From assembly GCA_030390025.1 (NCBI GenBank), contig JASTWF010000325.1, positions 124,001 to 188,000 of the forward strand: 64,000 bases of DNA, read 5' to 3'. The DNA is from Squalus acanthias (taxonomy: Eukaryota). A program made the translations under genes and the position numbers. Positions within the stretch are counted from its first letter, which is position 1, and every line of letters begins with the position of its first letter. Below the pieces are notes generated by a model that saw nothing but the letters and a program-made list of their open reading frames with translations, was not told where the DNA came from and made no database searches. This document shows, in pieces, positions 30,401 to 44,849 of the stretch.

Positions 30401-31700
30401 GTACCTGGACAGTGTATATAGATTGTACCTGGACAGTGTATATAGATTGTACCTGGACAGTGTATATTGATTGTACCTGGACAGTGTATATAGATTGTAC
30501 CTGGACAGTGTATATAGATTGTACCTGGACAGTGTATATAGATTGTACCTGGACAGTGTATATTGATTGTACCTGGACAGTGTATATTGATTGTACCTGG
30601 ACAGTGTATATTGATTGTACCTGGACAGTGTATATAGATTGTACCTGGACAGTGTATATAGATTGTACCTGGACAGTGTATATTGATTGTACCTGGACAG
30701 TGTATATAGATTGTACCTGGACAGTGTATATTGATTGTACCTGGACAGTGTATATTGATTGTACCTGGACAGTGTATATAGATTGTACCTGGACAGTGTA
30801 TATTGATTGTACCTGGACAGTGTATATTGATTGTACCTGGACAGTGTATATAGATTGTACCTGGACAGTGTATATTGATTGTACCTGGACAGTGTATATT
30901 GATTGTACCTGGACAGTGTATATAGATTGTACCTGGACAGTGTTATAGATTGTACCTGGACAGTGTATATAGATTGTACCTGGACAGTGTATATAGATTG
31001 TACCTGGACAGTGTATATAGATTGTACCTGGACAGTGTATATAGATTGTACCTGGACAGTGTATATTGATTGTACCTGGACAGTGTATATAGATTGTACC
31101 TGGACAGTGTATATAGATTGTACCTGGACAGTGTATATTGATTGTACCTGGACAGTGTATATTGATTGTACCTGGACAGTGTATATAGATTGTACCTGGA
31201 CAGTGTATATTGATTGTACCTGGACAGTGTATATTGATTGTACCTGGACAGTGTATATAGATTGTACCTGGACAGTGTATATAGATTGTACCTGGACAGT
31301 GTATATAGATTGTACCTGGACAGTGTATATTGATTGTACCTGGACAGTGTATATAGATTGTACCTGGACAGTGTATATAGATTGTACCTGGACAGTGTAT
31401 ATAGATTGTACCTGGACAGTGTATATTGATTGTACCTGGACAGTGTATATAGATTGTACCTGGACAGTGTATATTGATTGTACCTGGACAGTGTATATTG
31501 ATTGTACCTGGACAGTGTATATAGATTGTACCTGGACAGTGTATATTGATTGTACCTGGACAGTGTATATTGATTGTACCTGGACAGTGTATATAGATTG
31601 TACCTGGACAGTGTATATTGATTGTACCTGGACAGTGTATATTGATTGTACCTGGACAGTGTATATAGATTGTACCTGGACAGTGTATATAGATTGTACC
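18500..31700. repeat. ~5.63 kb (~235 monomers) higher-order tandem duplication plus a partial third copy
   Basis: ORF pairs 21008/26636 and 21895/27523 (offset 5628), 22203/27834 (5631) and 23710/29345 (5635). The A/T string at ~18500-20500 matches ~24130-26150, and its later part recurs at ~30050-31650. Confidence 0.85.
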
Positions 31701-34059
31701 TGGACAGTGTATATGATTGTACCTGGACAGTGTATATAGATTGTACCTGGACAGTGTATATAGATTGTACCTGGACAGTGTATATTGATTGTACCTGGAC
31801 AGTGTATATAGATTGTACCTGGACAGTGTATATAGATTGTACCTGGACAGTGTATATAGATTGTACCTGGACAGTGTATATTGATTGTACCTGGACAGTG
31901 TATATAGATTGTACCTGGACAGTGTATATTGATTGTACCTGGACAGTGTATATTGATTGTACCTGGACAGTGTATATAGATTGTACCTGGACAGTGTATA
32001 TTGATTGTACCTGGACAGTGTATATTGATTGTACCTGGACAGTGTATATAGATTGTACCTGGACAGTGTATATAGATTGTACCTGGACAGTGTATATAGA
32101 TTGTACCTGGACAGTGTATATTGATTGTACCTGGACAGTGTATATAGATTGTACCTGGACAGTGTATATAGATTGTACCTGGACAGTGTATATAGATTGT
32201 ACCTGGACAGTGTATATTGATTGTACCTGGACAGTGTATATTGATTGTACCTGGACAGTGTATATAGATTGTACCTGGACAGTGTATATTGATTGTACCT
32301 GGACAGTATATATTGATTATACCTGGACAGTGTATATAGATTGTACCTGGACAGTGTATATAGATTGTACCTGGACAGTGTATATAGATTGTACCTGGAC
32401 ATTGCATATAGATTTTACCTGGACAGTGTATTCTGATTGTACCTGGACAGTGTATATAGATTGTACCTGGACAGTGTATATAGATTGTAGCTGGACAGTG
32501 TATATAGATTGTACCTGGACAGTGTATATTGATTGTACCTGGACAGTGTATATAGATTGTACCTGGACAGTGTATATAGATTGTACCTGGACAGTGTATA
32601 TAGATTGTACCTGGACAGTGTATATTGATTGTACCTGGACAGTGTATATAGATTGTACCTGGACAGTGTATATAGATTGTACCTGGACAGTGTATATTAA
32701 TTGTACCTGGACAGTGTATATAGATTGTACCTGGAGAGTGTATATAGATTGTACCTGGAGAGTGTATATTGATTGTACCTTGACAGTGTATATTGATTGT
32801 ACCTGGGCAGTGTATATAAATTGTACCTGGACAGTGTATATTGATTGTACCTGGACAGTGTATATTGATTGTACCTGGACAGTGTATATAGATTGTACCT
32901 GGACAGTGTATATAGATTGTACCTGGACAGTGTATATAGATTGTACCTGGACAGTGTATATTGATTGTACCTGGACAGTGTATATAGATTGTACCTGGAC
33001 AGTGTATATAGATTGTACCTGGACAGTGTATATAGATTGTACCTGGACAGTGTATATTGATTGTACCTGGACAGTGTATATAGATTGTACCTGGACAGTG
33101 TATATTGATTGTACCTGGACAGTGTATATTGATTGTACCTGGACAGTGTATATAGATTGTACCTGGACAGTGTATATTGATTGTACCTGGACAGTGTATA
33201 TTGATTGTACCTGGACAGTGTATATAGATTGTACCTGGACATTTTATATGGATTGTACCTGGACAGTGTATATAGATTGTACCTGGACAGTGTATATAGA
33301 TTGTACCTGGACAGTGTATATAGATTGTACCTGGACTGTGTATATATATTGTACCTGGACAGTGTATATTAATTGTACCCAACAGTGGATATAGATTGTA
33401 CCTGGAGAGTGTATATTGATTGTACCTTGACAGTGTATATTGATTGTACCTGGGCAGTGTATATAAATTGTACCTTGACAGTGTATATTGATTGTACCTG
33501 GACAGTGTATATTGATTGTACCTGGACAGTGTATATAGATTGTACCTGGACAGTGTATATAGATTGTACCTGGACAGTGTATATAGATTGTACCTGGACA
33601 GTGTATATTGATTGTACCTGGACAGTGTATATAGATTGTACCTGGACAGTGTATATATGATTGTACCTGGACAGTGTATATTGATTGTACCTGGACAGTG
33701 TATATTGATTGTACCTGGACAGTGTATATAGATTGTACCTGGACAGTGTATATAGATTGTACCTGGACAGTGTATATAGATTGTACCTGGACAGTGTATA
33801 TGATTGTACCTGGACAGTGTATATAGATTGTACCTGGACAGTGTATATAGATTGTACCTGGACAGTGTATATAGATTGTACCTGGACAGTGTATATTGAT
33901 TGTACCTGGACAGTGTATATAGATTGTACCTGGACAGTGTATATAGATTGTACCTGGACAGTGTATATAGATTGTACCTGGACAGTGTATATTGATTGTA
34001 CCTGGACAGTGTATATAGATTGTACCTGGACAGTGTATATAGATTGTACCTGGACAGTG

Positions 34060-37000
34060 TATATTAATTGTACCCAACAGTGGATATAGATTGTACCTGG
34101 AGAGTGTATATAGATTGTACCTGGAGAGTGTATATTGATTGTACCTTGACAGTGTATATTGATTGTACCTGGACAGTGTATATAAATTGTACCTGGACAG
34201 TGTATATTGATTGTACCTGGACAGTGTATATTGATTGTACCTGGACAGTGTATATAGATTGTACCTGGACAGTGTATATAGATTGTACCTGGACAGTGTA
34301 TATAGATTGTACCTGGACAGTGTATATAGATTGTACCTGGACAGTGTATATGATTGTACCTGGACAGTGTATATAGATTGTACCTGGACAGTGTATATAG
34401 ATTGTACCTGGACAGTGTATATTGATTGTACCTGGACAGTGTATATAGATTGTACCTGGACAGTGTATATAGATTGTACCTGGACAGTGTATATAGATTG
34501 TACCTGGACAGTGTATATTGATTGTACCTGGACAGTGTATATAGATTGTACCTGGACAGTGTATATAGATTGTACCTGGACAGTGTATATTAGATTGTAC
34601 CTGGACAGTGTATATAGATTGTACCTGGACAGTGTATATAGATTGTACCTGGACAGTGTATATTGATTGTACCTGGACAGTGTATATAGATTGTACCTGG
34701 ACAGTGTATATTGATTGTACCTGGACAGTGTATATAGATTGTACCTGGACAGTGTATATAGATTGTACCTGGACAGTGTATATAGATTGTACCTGGACAG
34801 TGTATATTGATTGTACCTGGACAGTGTATATAGATTGTACCTGGACAGTGTATATAGATTGTACCTGGACAGTGTATATAGATTGTACCTGGACAGTGTA
34901 TATTGATTGTACCTGGACAGTGTATATAGATTGTACCTGGACAGTGTATATAGATTGTACCTGGACAGTGTATATAGATTGTACCTGGACAGTGTATATT
35001 GATTGTACCTGGACAGTGTATATAGATTGTACCTGGACAGTGTATATAGATTGTACCTGGACAGTGTATATTGATTGTACCTGGACAGTGTATATAGATT
35101 GTACCTGGACAGTGTATATAGATTGTACCTGGACAGTGTATATAGATTGTACCTGGACAGTGTATATTGATTGTACCTGGACAGTGTATATAGATTGTAC
35201 CTGGACAGTGTATATAGATTGTACCTGGACAGTGTATATTGATTGTACCTGGACAGTGTATATAGATTGTACCTGGACAGTGTATATAGATTGTACCTGG
35301 ACAGTGTATATTGATTGTACCTGGACAGTGTATATTGATTGTACCTGGACAGTGTATATTGATTGTACCTGGACAGTGTATATTGATTGTACCTGGACAG
35401 TGTATATTGATTGTACCTGGACAGTGTATATAGATTGTAACTGGATAGTGTATATAGATTGTACCTGGACAGTGTATATTGATTGTACCTGGACAGTGTA
35501 TATTGATTGTACCTGGACAGTGTATATAGATTGTACCTGGACAGTGTATATAGATTGTACCTGGACAGTGTATATAGATTGTACCTGGACAGTGTATATT
35601 GATTGTACCTGGACAGTGTATATAGATTGTACCTGGACAGTGTATATAGATTGTACCTGGACAGTGTATATAGATTGTACCTGGACAGTGTATATTGATT
35701 GTACCTGGACAGTGTATATTGATTGTACCTGGACAGTGTATATTGATTGTACCTGGACAGTGTATATAGATTGTACCTGGACAGTGTATATAGATTGTAC
35801 CTGGACAGTGTATATTGATTGTACCTGGACAGTGTATATAGATTGTACCTGGACAGTGTATATTGATTGTACCTGGACAGTGTATATTGATTGTACCTGG
35901 ACAGTGTATATAGATTGTACCTGGACAGTGTATATTGATTGTACCTGGACAGTGTATATTGATTGTACCTGGACAGTGTATATAGATTGTACCTGGACAG
36001 TGTATATAGATTGTACCTGGACAGTGTATATTGATTGTACCTGGACAGTGTATATAGATTGTACCTGGACAGTGTATATAGATTGTACCTGGACAGTGTA
36101 TATTGATTGTACCTGGACAGTGTATATAGATTGTACCTGGACAGTGTATATTGATTGTATCTGGACAGTGTATATAGTTTGTACCTGGACAGTGTATATA
36201 GATTGTACCTGGACAGTGTATATAGATTGTACCTGGACAGTGTATATAGATTGTACCTGGACAGTGTATATAGATTGTACCTGGACAGTGTATATTAATT
36301 GTACCTGGACTGTGTATATAGATTGTACCTGGAGAGTGTATATAGATTGTACCTGGAGAGTGTATATTGATTGTACCTTGACAGTGTATATTGATTGTAC
36401 CTGGACAGTGTATATAGATTGTACCTGGACAGTGTATATTGATTGTACCTGGACAGTGTATATTGATTGTACCTGGACAGTGTATATAGATTGTACCTGG
36501 ACAGTGTATATAGATTGTACCTGGACAGTGTATATAGATTGTACCTGGACAGTGTATATTGATTGTACCTGGACAGTGTATATAGATTGTACCTGGACAG
36601 TGTATATAGATTGTACCTGGACAGTGTATATAGATTGTACCTGGACAGTGTATATTGATTGTACCTGGACAGTGTATATAGATTGTACCTGGACAGTGTA
36701 TATAGATTGTACCTGGACAGTGTATATTGATTGTACCTGGACAGTGTATATTGATTGTACCTGGACAGTGTATATAGATTGTACCTGGACAGTGTATATA
36801 GATTGTACCTGGACAGTGTATATAGATTGTACCTGGACAGTGTATATTGATTGTACCTGGACAGTGTATATAGATTGTACCTGGACAGTGTATATAGATT
36901 GTACCTGGACAGTGTATATAGATTGTACCTGGACAGTGTATATTGATTGTACCTGGACAGTGTATATAGATTGTACCTGGACAGTGTATATAGATTGTAC

Positions 37001-40000
37001 CTGGACAGTGTATATAGATTGTACCTGGACAGTGTATATTGATTGTACCTGGACAGTGTATATAGATTGTACCTGGACAGTGTATATAGATTGTACCTGG
37101 ACAGTGTATATTGATTGTACCTGGACAGTGTATATAGATTGTACCTGGACAGTGTATATAGATTGTACCTGGACAGTGTATATTGATTGTACCTGGACAG
37201 TGTATATAGATTGTACCTGGACAGTGTATATAGATTGTACCTGGACAGTGTATATTGATTGTACCTGGACAGTGTATATATTGTATGGACAGATTGTACC
37301 TGGACAGTGTATATTGATTGTACCTGGACAGTGTATATAGATTGTACCTGGACAGTGTATATAGATTGTACCTGGACAGTGTATATAGATTGTACCTGGA
37401 CAGTGTATATTGATTGTACCTGGACAGTGTATATAGATTGTACCTGGACAGTGTATATAGATTGTACCTGGACAGTGTATATAGATTGTACCTGGACAGT
37501 GTATATTGATTGTACCTGGACAGTGTATATAGATTGTACCTGGACAGTGTATATAGATTGTACCTGGACAGTGTATATAGATTGTACCTGGACAGTGTAT
37601 ATTGATTGTACCTGGACAGTGTATATAGATTGTACCTGGACAGTGTATATAGATTGTACCTGGACAGTGTATATTAATTGTACCTGGACTGTGTATATAG
37701 ATTGTACCTGGAGAGTGTATATAGATTGTACCTGGAGAGTGTATATTGATTGTACCTTGACAGTGTATATTGATTGTACCTGGACAGTGTATATAGATTG
37801 TACCTGGACAGTGTATATTGATTGTACCTGGACAGTGTATATTGATTGTACCTGGACAGTGTATATAGATTGTACCTGGACAGTGTATATAGATTGTACC
37901 TGGACAGTGTATATAGATTGTACCTGGACAGTGTATATAGATTGTACCTGGACAGTGTATATGATTGTACCTGGACAGTGTATATAGATTGTACCTGGAC
38001 AGTGTATATAGATTGTACCTGGACAGTGTATATTGATTGTACCTGGACAGTGTATATAGATTGTACCTGGACAGTGTATATAGATTGTACCTGGACAGTG
38101 TATATAGATTGTACCTGGACAGTGTATATTGATTGTACCTGGACAGTGTATATAGATTGTACCTGGACAGTGTATATAGATTGTACCTGGACAGTGTATA
38201 TTAGATTGTACCTGGACAGTGTATATAGATTGTACCTGGACAGTGTATATAGATTGTACCTGGACAGTGTATATTGATTGTACCTGGACAGTGTATATAG
38301 ATTGTACCTGGACAGTGTATATTGATTGTACCTGGACAGTGTATATAGATTGTACCTGGACAGTGTATATAGATTGTACCTGGACAGTGTATATAGATTG
38401 TACCTGGACAGTGTATATTGATTGTACCTGGACAGTGTATATAGATTGTACCTGGACAGTGTATATAGATTGTACCTGGACAGTGTATATAGATTGTACC
38501 TGGACAGTGTATATTGATTGTACCTGGACAGTGTATATAGATTGTACCTGGACAGTGTATATTGATTGTACCTGGACAGTGTATATAGATTGTACCTGGA
38601 CAGTGTATATAGATTGTACCTGGACAGTGTATATAGATTGTACCTGGACAGTGTATATTGATTGTACCTGGACAGTGTATATAGATTGTACCTGGACAGT
38701 GTATATAGATTGTACCTGGACAGTGTATATTGATTGTACCTGGACAGTGTATATAGATTGTACCTGGACAGTGTATATAGATTGTACCTGGACAGTGTAT
38801 ATTGATTGTACCTGGACAGTGTATATTGATTGTACCTGGACAGTGTATATTGATTGTACCTGGACAGTGTATATTGATTGTACCTGGACAGTGTATATTG
38901 ATTGTACCTGGACAGTGTATATAGATTGTACCTGGACAGTGTATATAGATTGTACCTGGACAGTGTATATTGATTGTACCTGGACAGTGTATATTGATTG
39001 TACCTGGACAGTGTATATAGATTGTACCTGGACAGTGTATATAGATTGTACCTGGACAGTGTATATAGATTGTACCTGGACAGTGTATATTGATTGTACC
39101 TGGACAGTGTATATAGATTGTACCTGGACAGTGTATATAGATTGTACCTGGACAGTGTATATAGATTGTACCTGGACAGTGTATATTGATTGTACCTGGA
39201 CAGTGTATATTGATTGTACCTGGACAGTGTATATTGATTGTACCTGGACAGTGTATATAGATTGTACCTGGACAGTGTATATAGATTGTACCTGGACAGT
39301 GTATATTGATTGTACCTGGACAGTGTATATAGATTGTACCTGGACAGTGTATATTGATTGTACCTGGACAGTGTATATTGATTGTACCTGGACAGTGTAT
39401 ATAGATTGTACCTGGACAGTGTATATTGATTGTACCTGGACAGTGTATATTGATTGTACCTGGACAGTGTATATAGATTGTACCTGGACAGTGTATATAG
39501 ATTGTACCTGGACAGTGTATATGATTGTACCTGGACAGTGTATATAGATTGTACCTGGACAGTGTATATAGATTGTACCTGGACAGTGTATATTGATTGT
39601 ACCTGGACAGTGTATATAGATTGTACCTGGACAGTGTATATTGATTGTACCTGGACAGTGTATATAGATTGTACCTGGACAGTGTATATAGATTGTACCT
39701 GGACAGTGTATATAGATTGTACCTGGACAGTGTATATAGATTGTACCTGGACAGTGTATATAGATTGTACCTGGACAGTGTATATTAGATTGTACCTGGA
39801 CAGTGTATATAGATTGTACCTGGACAGTGTATATAGATTGTACCTGGACAGTGTATATTGATTGTACCTGGACAGTGTATATTGATTGTACCTGGACAGT
39901 GTATATAGATTGTACCTGGACAGTGTATATTGATTGTACCTGGACAGTGTATATTGATTGTACCTGGACAGTGTATATAGATTGTACCTGGACAGTGTAT

Positions 40001-40300
40001 ATAGATTGTACCTGGACAGTGTATATAGATTGTACCTGGACAGTGTATATTGATTGTACCTGGACAGTGTATATAGATTGTACCTGGACAGTGTATATAG
40101 ATTGTACCTGGACAGTGTATATAGATTGTACCTGGACAGTGTATATTGATTGTACCTGGACAGTGTATATAGATTGTACCTGGACAGTGTATATAGATTG
40201 TACCTGGACAGTGTATATTGATTGTACCTGGACAGTGTATATTGATTGTACCTGGACAGTGTATATAGATTGTACCTGGACAGTGTATATAGATTGTACC
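34060..40300. repeat. ~3.6 kb (~150 monomers) block duplication
   Basis: Identical 143-aa ORFs at 34235 and 37846, and ORF starts at 34608 and 38219 (offset 3611). The copies share a 23-bp unit, a 25-bp unit and an upstream variant cassette. Confidence 0.8.
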
Positions 40301-43300
40301 TGGACATTGCATATAGATTTTACCTGGACAGTGTATTCTGATTGTACCTGGACAGTGTATATAGATTGTACCTGGACAGTGTATATAGATTGTAGCTGGA
40401 CAGTGTATATAGATTGTACCTGGACAGTGTATATTGATTGTACCTGGACAGTGTATATAGATTGTACCTGGACAGTGTATATAGATTGTACCTGGACAGT
40501 GTATATAGATTGTACCTAGACAGTGTATATTGATTGTACCTGGACAGTGTATATAGATTGTACCTGGACTGTGTATATAGATTGCACCTGGACAGTGTAT
40601 ATTAATTGTACCCAACAGTGGATATAGATTGTACCTGGAGAGTGTATATAGATTGTACCTGGAGAGTGTATATTGATTGTACCTTGACAGTGTATATTGA
40701 TTGTACCTGGGCAGTGTATATAGATTGTACCTGGACAGTGTATATTGATTGTACCTGGACAGTGTATATTGATTGTACCTGGACAGTGTATATAGATTGT
40801 ACCTGGACAGTGTATATAGATTGTACCTGGACAGTGTATATAGATTGTACCTGGACAGTGTATATTGATTGTACCTGGACAGTGTATATAGATTGTACCT
40901 GGACAGTGTATATAGATTGTACCTGGACAGTGTATATAGATTGTACCTGGACAGTGTATATTGATTGTACCTGGACAGTGTATATAGATTGTACCTGGAC
41001 AGTGTATATAGATTGTACCTGGACAGTGTATATTGATTGTACCTGGACAGTGTATATAGATTGTACCTGGACAGTGTATATAGATTGTACCTGGACAGTG
41101 TATATTGATTGTACCTGGACAGTGTATATTGATTGTACCTGGACAGTGTATATAGATTGTACCTGGACAGTGTATATAGATTGTACCTGGACAGTGTATA
41201 TAGATTGTACCTGGACAGTGTATATTGATTGTACCTGGACAGTGTATATAGATTGTACCTGGACAGTGTATATTGATTGTACCTGGACAGTGTATATAGA
41301 TTGTACCTGGACAGTGTATATAGATTGTACCTGGACAGTGTATATTGATTGTACCTGGACAGTGTATATAGATTGTACCTGGACAGTGTATATTGATTGT
41401 ACCTGGACAGTGTATATAGATTGTACCTGGACAGTGTATATAGATTGTACCTGGACAGTGTATATAGATTGTACCTGGACAGTGTATATTGATTGTACCT
41501 GGACAGTGTATATAGATTGTACCTGGACAGTGTATATAGATTGTACCTGGACAGTGTATATTGATTGTACCTGGACAGTGTATATAGATTGTACCTGGAC
41601 AGTGTATATAGATTGTACCTGGACAGTGTATATTGATTGTACCTGGACAGTGTATATTGATTGTACCTGGACAGTGTATATTGATTGTACCTGGACAGTG
41701 TATATTGATTGTACCTGGACAGTGTATATTGATTGTACCTGGACAGTGTATATAGATTGTACCTGGACAGTGTATATTGATTGTACCTGGACAGTGTATA
41801 TTGATTGTACCTGGACAGTGTATATTGATTGTACCTGGACAGTGTATATTGATTGTACCTGGACAGTGTATATAGATTGTACCTGGACAGTGTATATAGA
41901 TTGTACCTGGACAGTGTATATAGATTGTACCTGGACAGTGTATATTGATTGTACCTGGACAGTGTATATAGATTGTACCTGGACAGTGTATATTGATTGT
42001 ACCTGGACAGTGTATATAGATTGTACCTGGACAGTGTATATAGATTGTACCTGGACAGTGTATATAGATTGTACCTGGACAGTGTATATTGATTGTACCT
42101 GGACAGTGTATATAGATTGTACCTGGACAGTGTATATTGATTGTACCTGGACAGTGTATATAGATTGTACCTGGACAGTGTATATAGATTGTACCTGGAC
42201 AGTGTATATAGATTGTACCTGGACAGTGTATATTGATTGTACCTGGACAGTGTATATAGATTGTACCTGGACAGTGTATATTGATTGTACCTGGACAGTG
42301 TATATAGATTGTACCTGGACAGTGTATATAGATTGTACCTGGACAGTGTATATTGATTGTACCTGGACAGTGTATATTGATTGTACCTGGACAGTGTATA
42401 TTGATTGTACCTGGACAGTGTATATAGATTGTACCTGGACAGTGTATATAGATTGTACCTGGACAGTGTATATAGATTGTACCTGGACAGTGTATATTGA
42501 TTGTACCTGGACAGTGTATATAGATTGTACCTGGACAGTGTATATAGATTGTACCTGGACAGTGTATATTGATTGTACCTGGACAGTGTATATAGATTGT
42601 ACCTGGACAGTGTATATAGATTGTACCTGGACAGTGTATATTGATTGTACCTGGACAGTGTATATAGATTGTACCTGGACAGTGTATATAGATTGTACCT
42701 GGACAGTGTATATTGATTGTACCTGGACAGTGTATATTGATTGTACCTGGACAGTGTATATAGATTGTACCTGGACAGTGTATATAGATTGTACCTGGAC
42801 AGTGTATATAGATTGTACCTGGACAGTGTATATAGATTGTACCTGGACAGTGTATATAGATTGTACCTGGACAGTGTATATAGATTGTACCTGGACAGTG
42901 TATATTGATTGTACCTGGACAGTGTATATAGATTGTACCTGGACAGTGTATATAGATTGTACCTGGACAGTGTATATAGATTGTACCTGGACAGTGTATA
43001 TAGATTGTACCTGGACAGTGTATATTGATTGTACCTGGACAGTGTATATAGATTGTACCTGGACAGTGTATATAGATTGTACCTGGACAGTGTATATAGA
43101 TTGTACCTGGACAGTGTATATTGATTGTACCTGGACAGTGTATATAGATTGTACCTGGACAGTGTATATAGATTGTACCTGGACAGTGTATATTGATTGT
43201 ACCTGGACAGTGTATATTGATTGTACCTGGACAGTGTATATTGATTGTACCTGGACAGTGTATATTGATTGTACCTGGACAGTGTATATAGATTGTACCT

Positions 43301-44849
43301 GGACAGTGTATATAGATTGTACCTGGACAGTGTATATAGATTGTACCTGGACAGTGTATATTGATTGTACCTGGACAGTGTATATAGATTGTACCTGGAC
43401 AGTGTATATTGATTGTACCTGGACAGTGTATATAGATTGTACCTGGACAGTGTATATTGATTGTACCTGGACAGTGTATATTGATTGTACCTGGACAGTG
43501 TATATTGATTGTACCTGGACAGTGTATATTGATTGTACCTGGACAGTGTATATAGATTGTACCTGGACAGTGTATATAGATTGTACCTGGACAGTGTATA
43601 TAGATTGTACCTGGACAGTGTATATAGATTGTACCTGGACAGTGTATATTGATTGTACCTGGACAGTGTATATAGATTGTACCTGGACAGTGTATATTGA
43701 TTGTACCTGGACAGTGTATATAGATTGTACCTGGACAGTGTATATAGATTGTACCTGGACAGTGTATATTGATTGTACCTGGACAGTGTATATAGATTGT
43801 ACCTGGACAGTGTATATAGATTGTACCTGGACAGTGTATATAGATTGTACCTGGACAGTGTATATTGATTGTACCTGGACAGTGTATATTGATTGTACCT
43901 GGACAGTGTATATTGATTGTACCTGGACAGTGTATATAGATTGTACCTGGACAGTGTATATAGATTGTACCTGGACAGTGTATATTGATTGTACCTGGAC
44001 AGTGTATATAGATTGTACCTGGACAGTGTATATAGATTGTACCTGGACAGTGTATATAGATTGTACCTGGACAGTGTATATAGATTGTACCTGGACAGTG
44101 TATATAGATTGTACCTGGACAGTGTATATTGATTGTACCTGGACAGTGTATATAGATTGTACCTGGACAGTGTATATAGATTGTACCTGGACAGTGTATA
44201 TAGATTGTACCTGGACAGTGTATATTGATTGTACCTGGACAGTGTATATTGATTGTACCTGGACAGTGTATATAGATTGTACCTGGACAGTGTATATAGA
44301 TTGTACCTGGACAGTGTATATTGATTGTACCTGGACAGTGTATATAGATTGTACCTGGACAGTGTATATAGATTGTACCTGGACAGTGTATATTGATTGT
44401 ACCTGGACAGTGTATATAGATTGTACCTGGACAGTGTATATAGATTGTACCTGGACAGTGTATATAGATTGTACCTGGACAGTGTATATAGATTGTACCT
44501 GGACAGTGTATATAGATTGTACCTGGACAGTGTATATAGATTGTACCTGGACAGTGTATATTGATTGTACCTGGACAGTGTATATAGATTGTACCTGGAC
44601 AGTGTATATAGATTGTACCTGGACAGTGTATATTGATTGTACCTGGACAGTGTATATTGATTGTACCTGGACAGTGTATATTGATTGTACCTGGACAGTG
44701 TATATTGATTGTACCTGGACAGTGTATATAGATTGTACCTGGACAGTGTATATTGATTGTACCTGGACAGTGTATATTGATTGTACCTGGACAGTGTATA
44801 TTAGATTGTACCTGGACAGTGTATATAGATTGTACCTGGACAGTGTATA

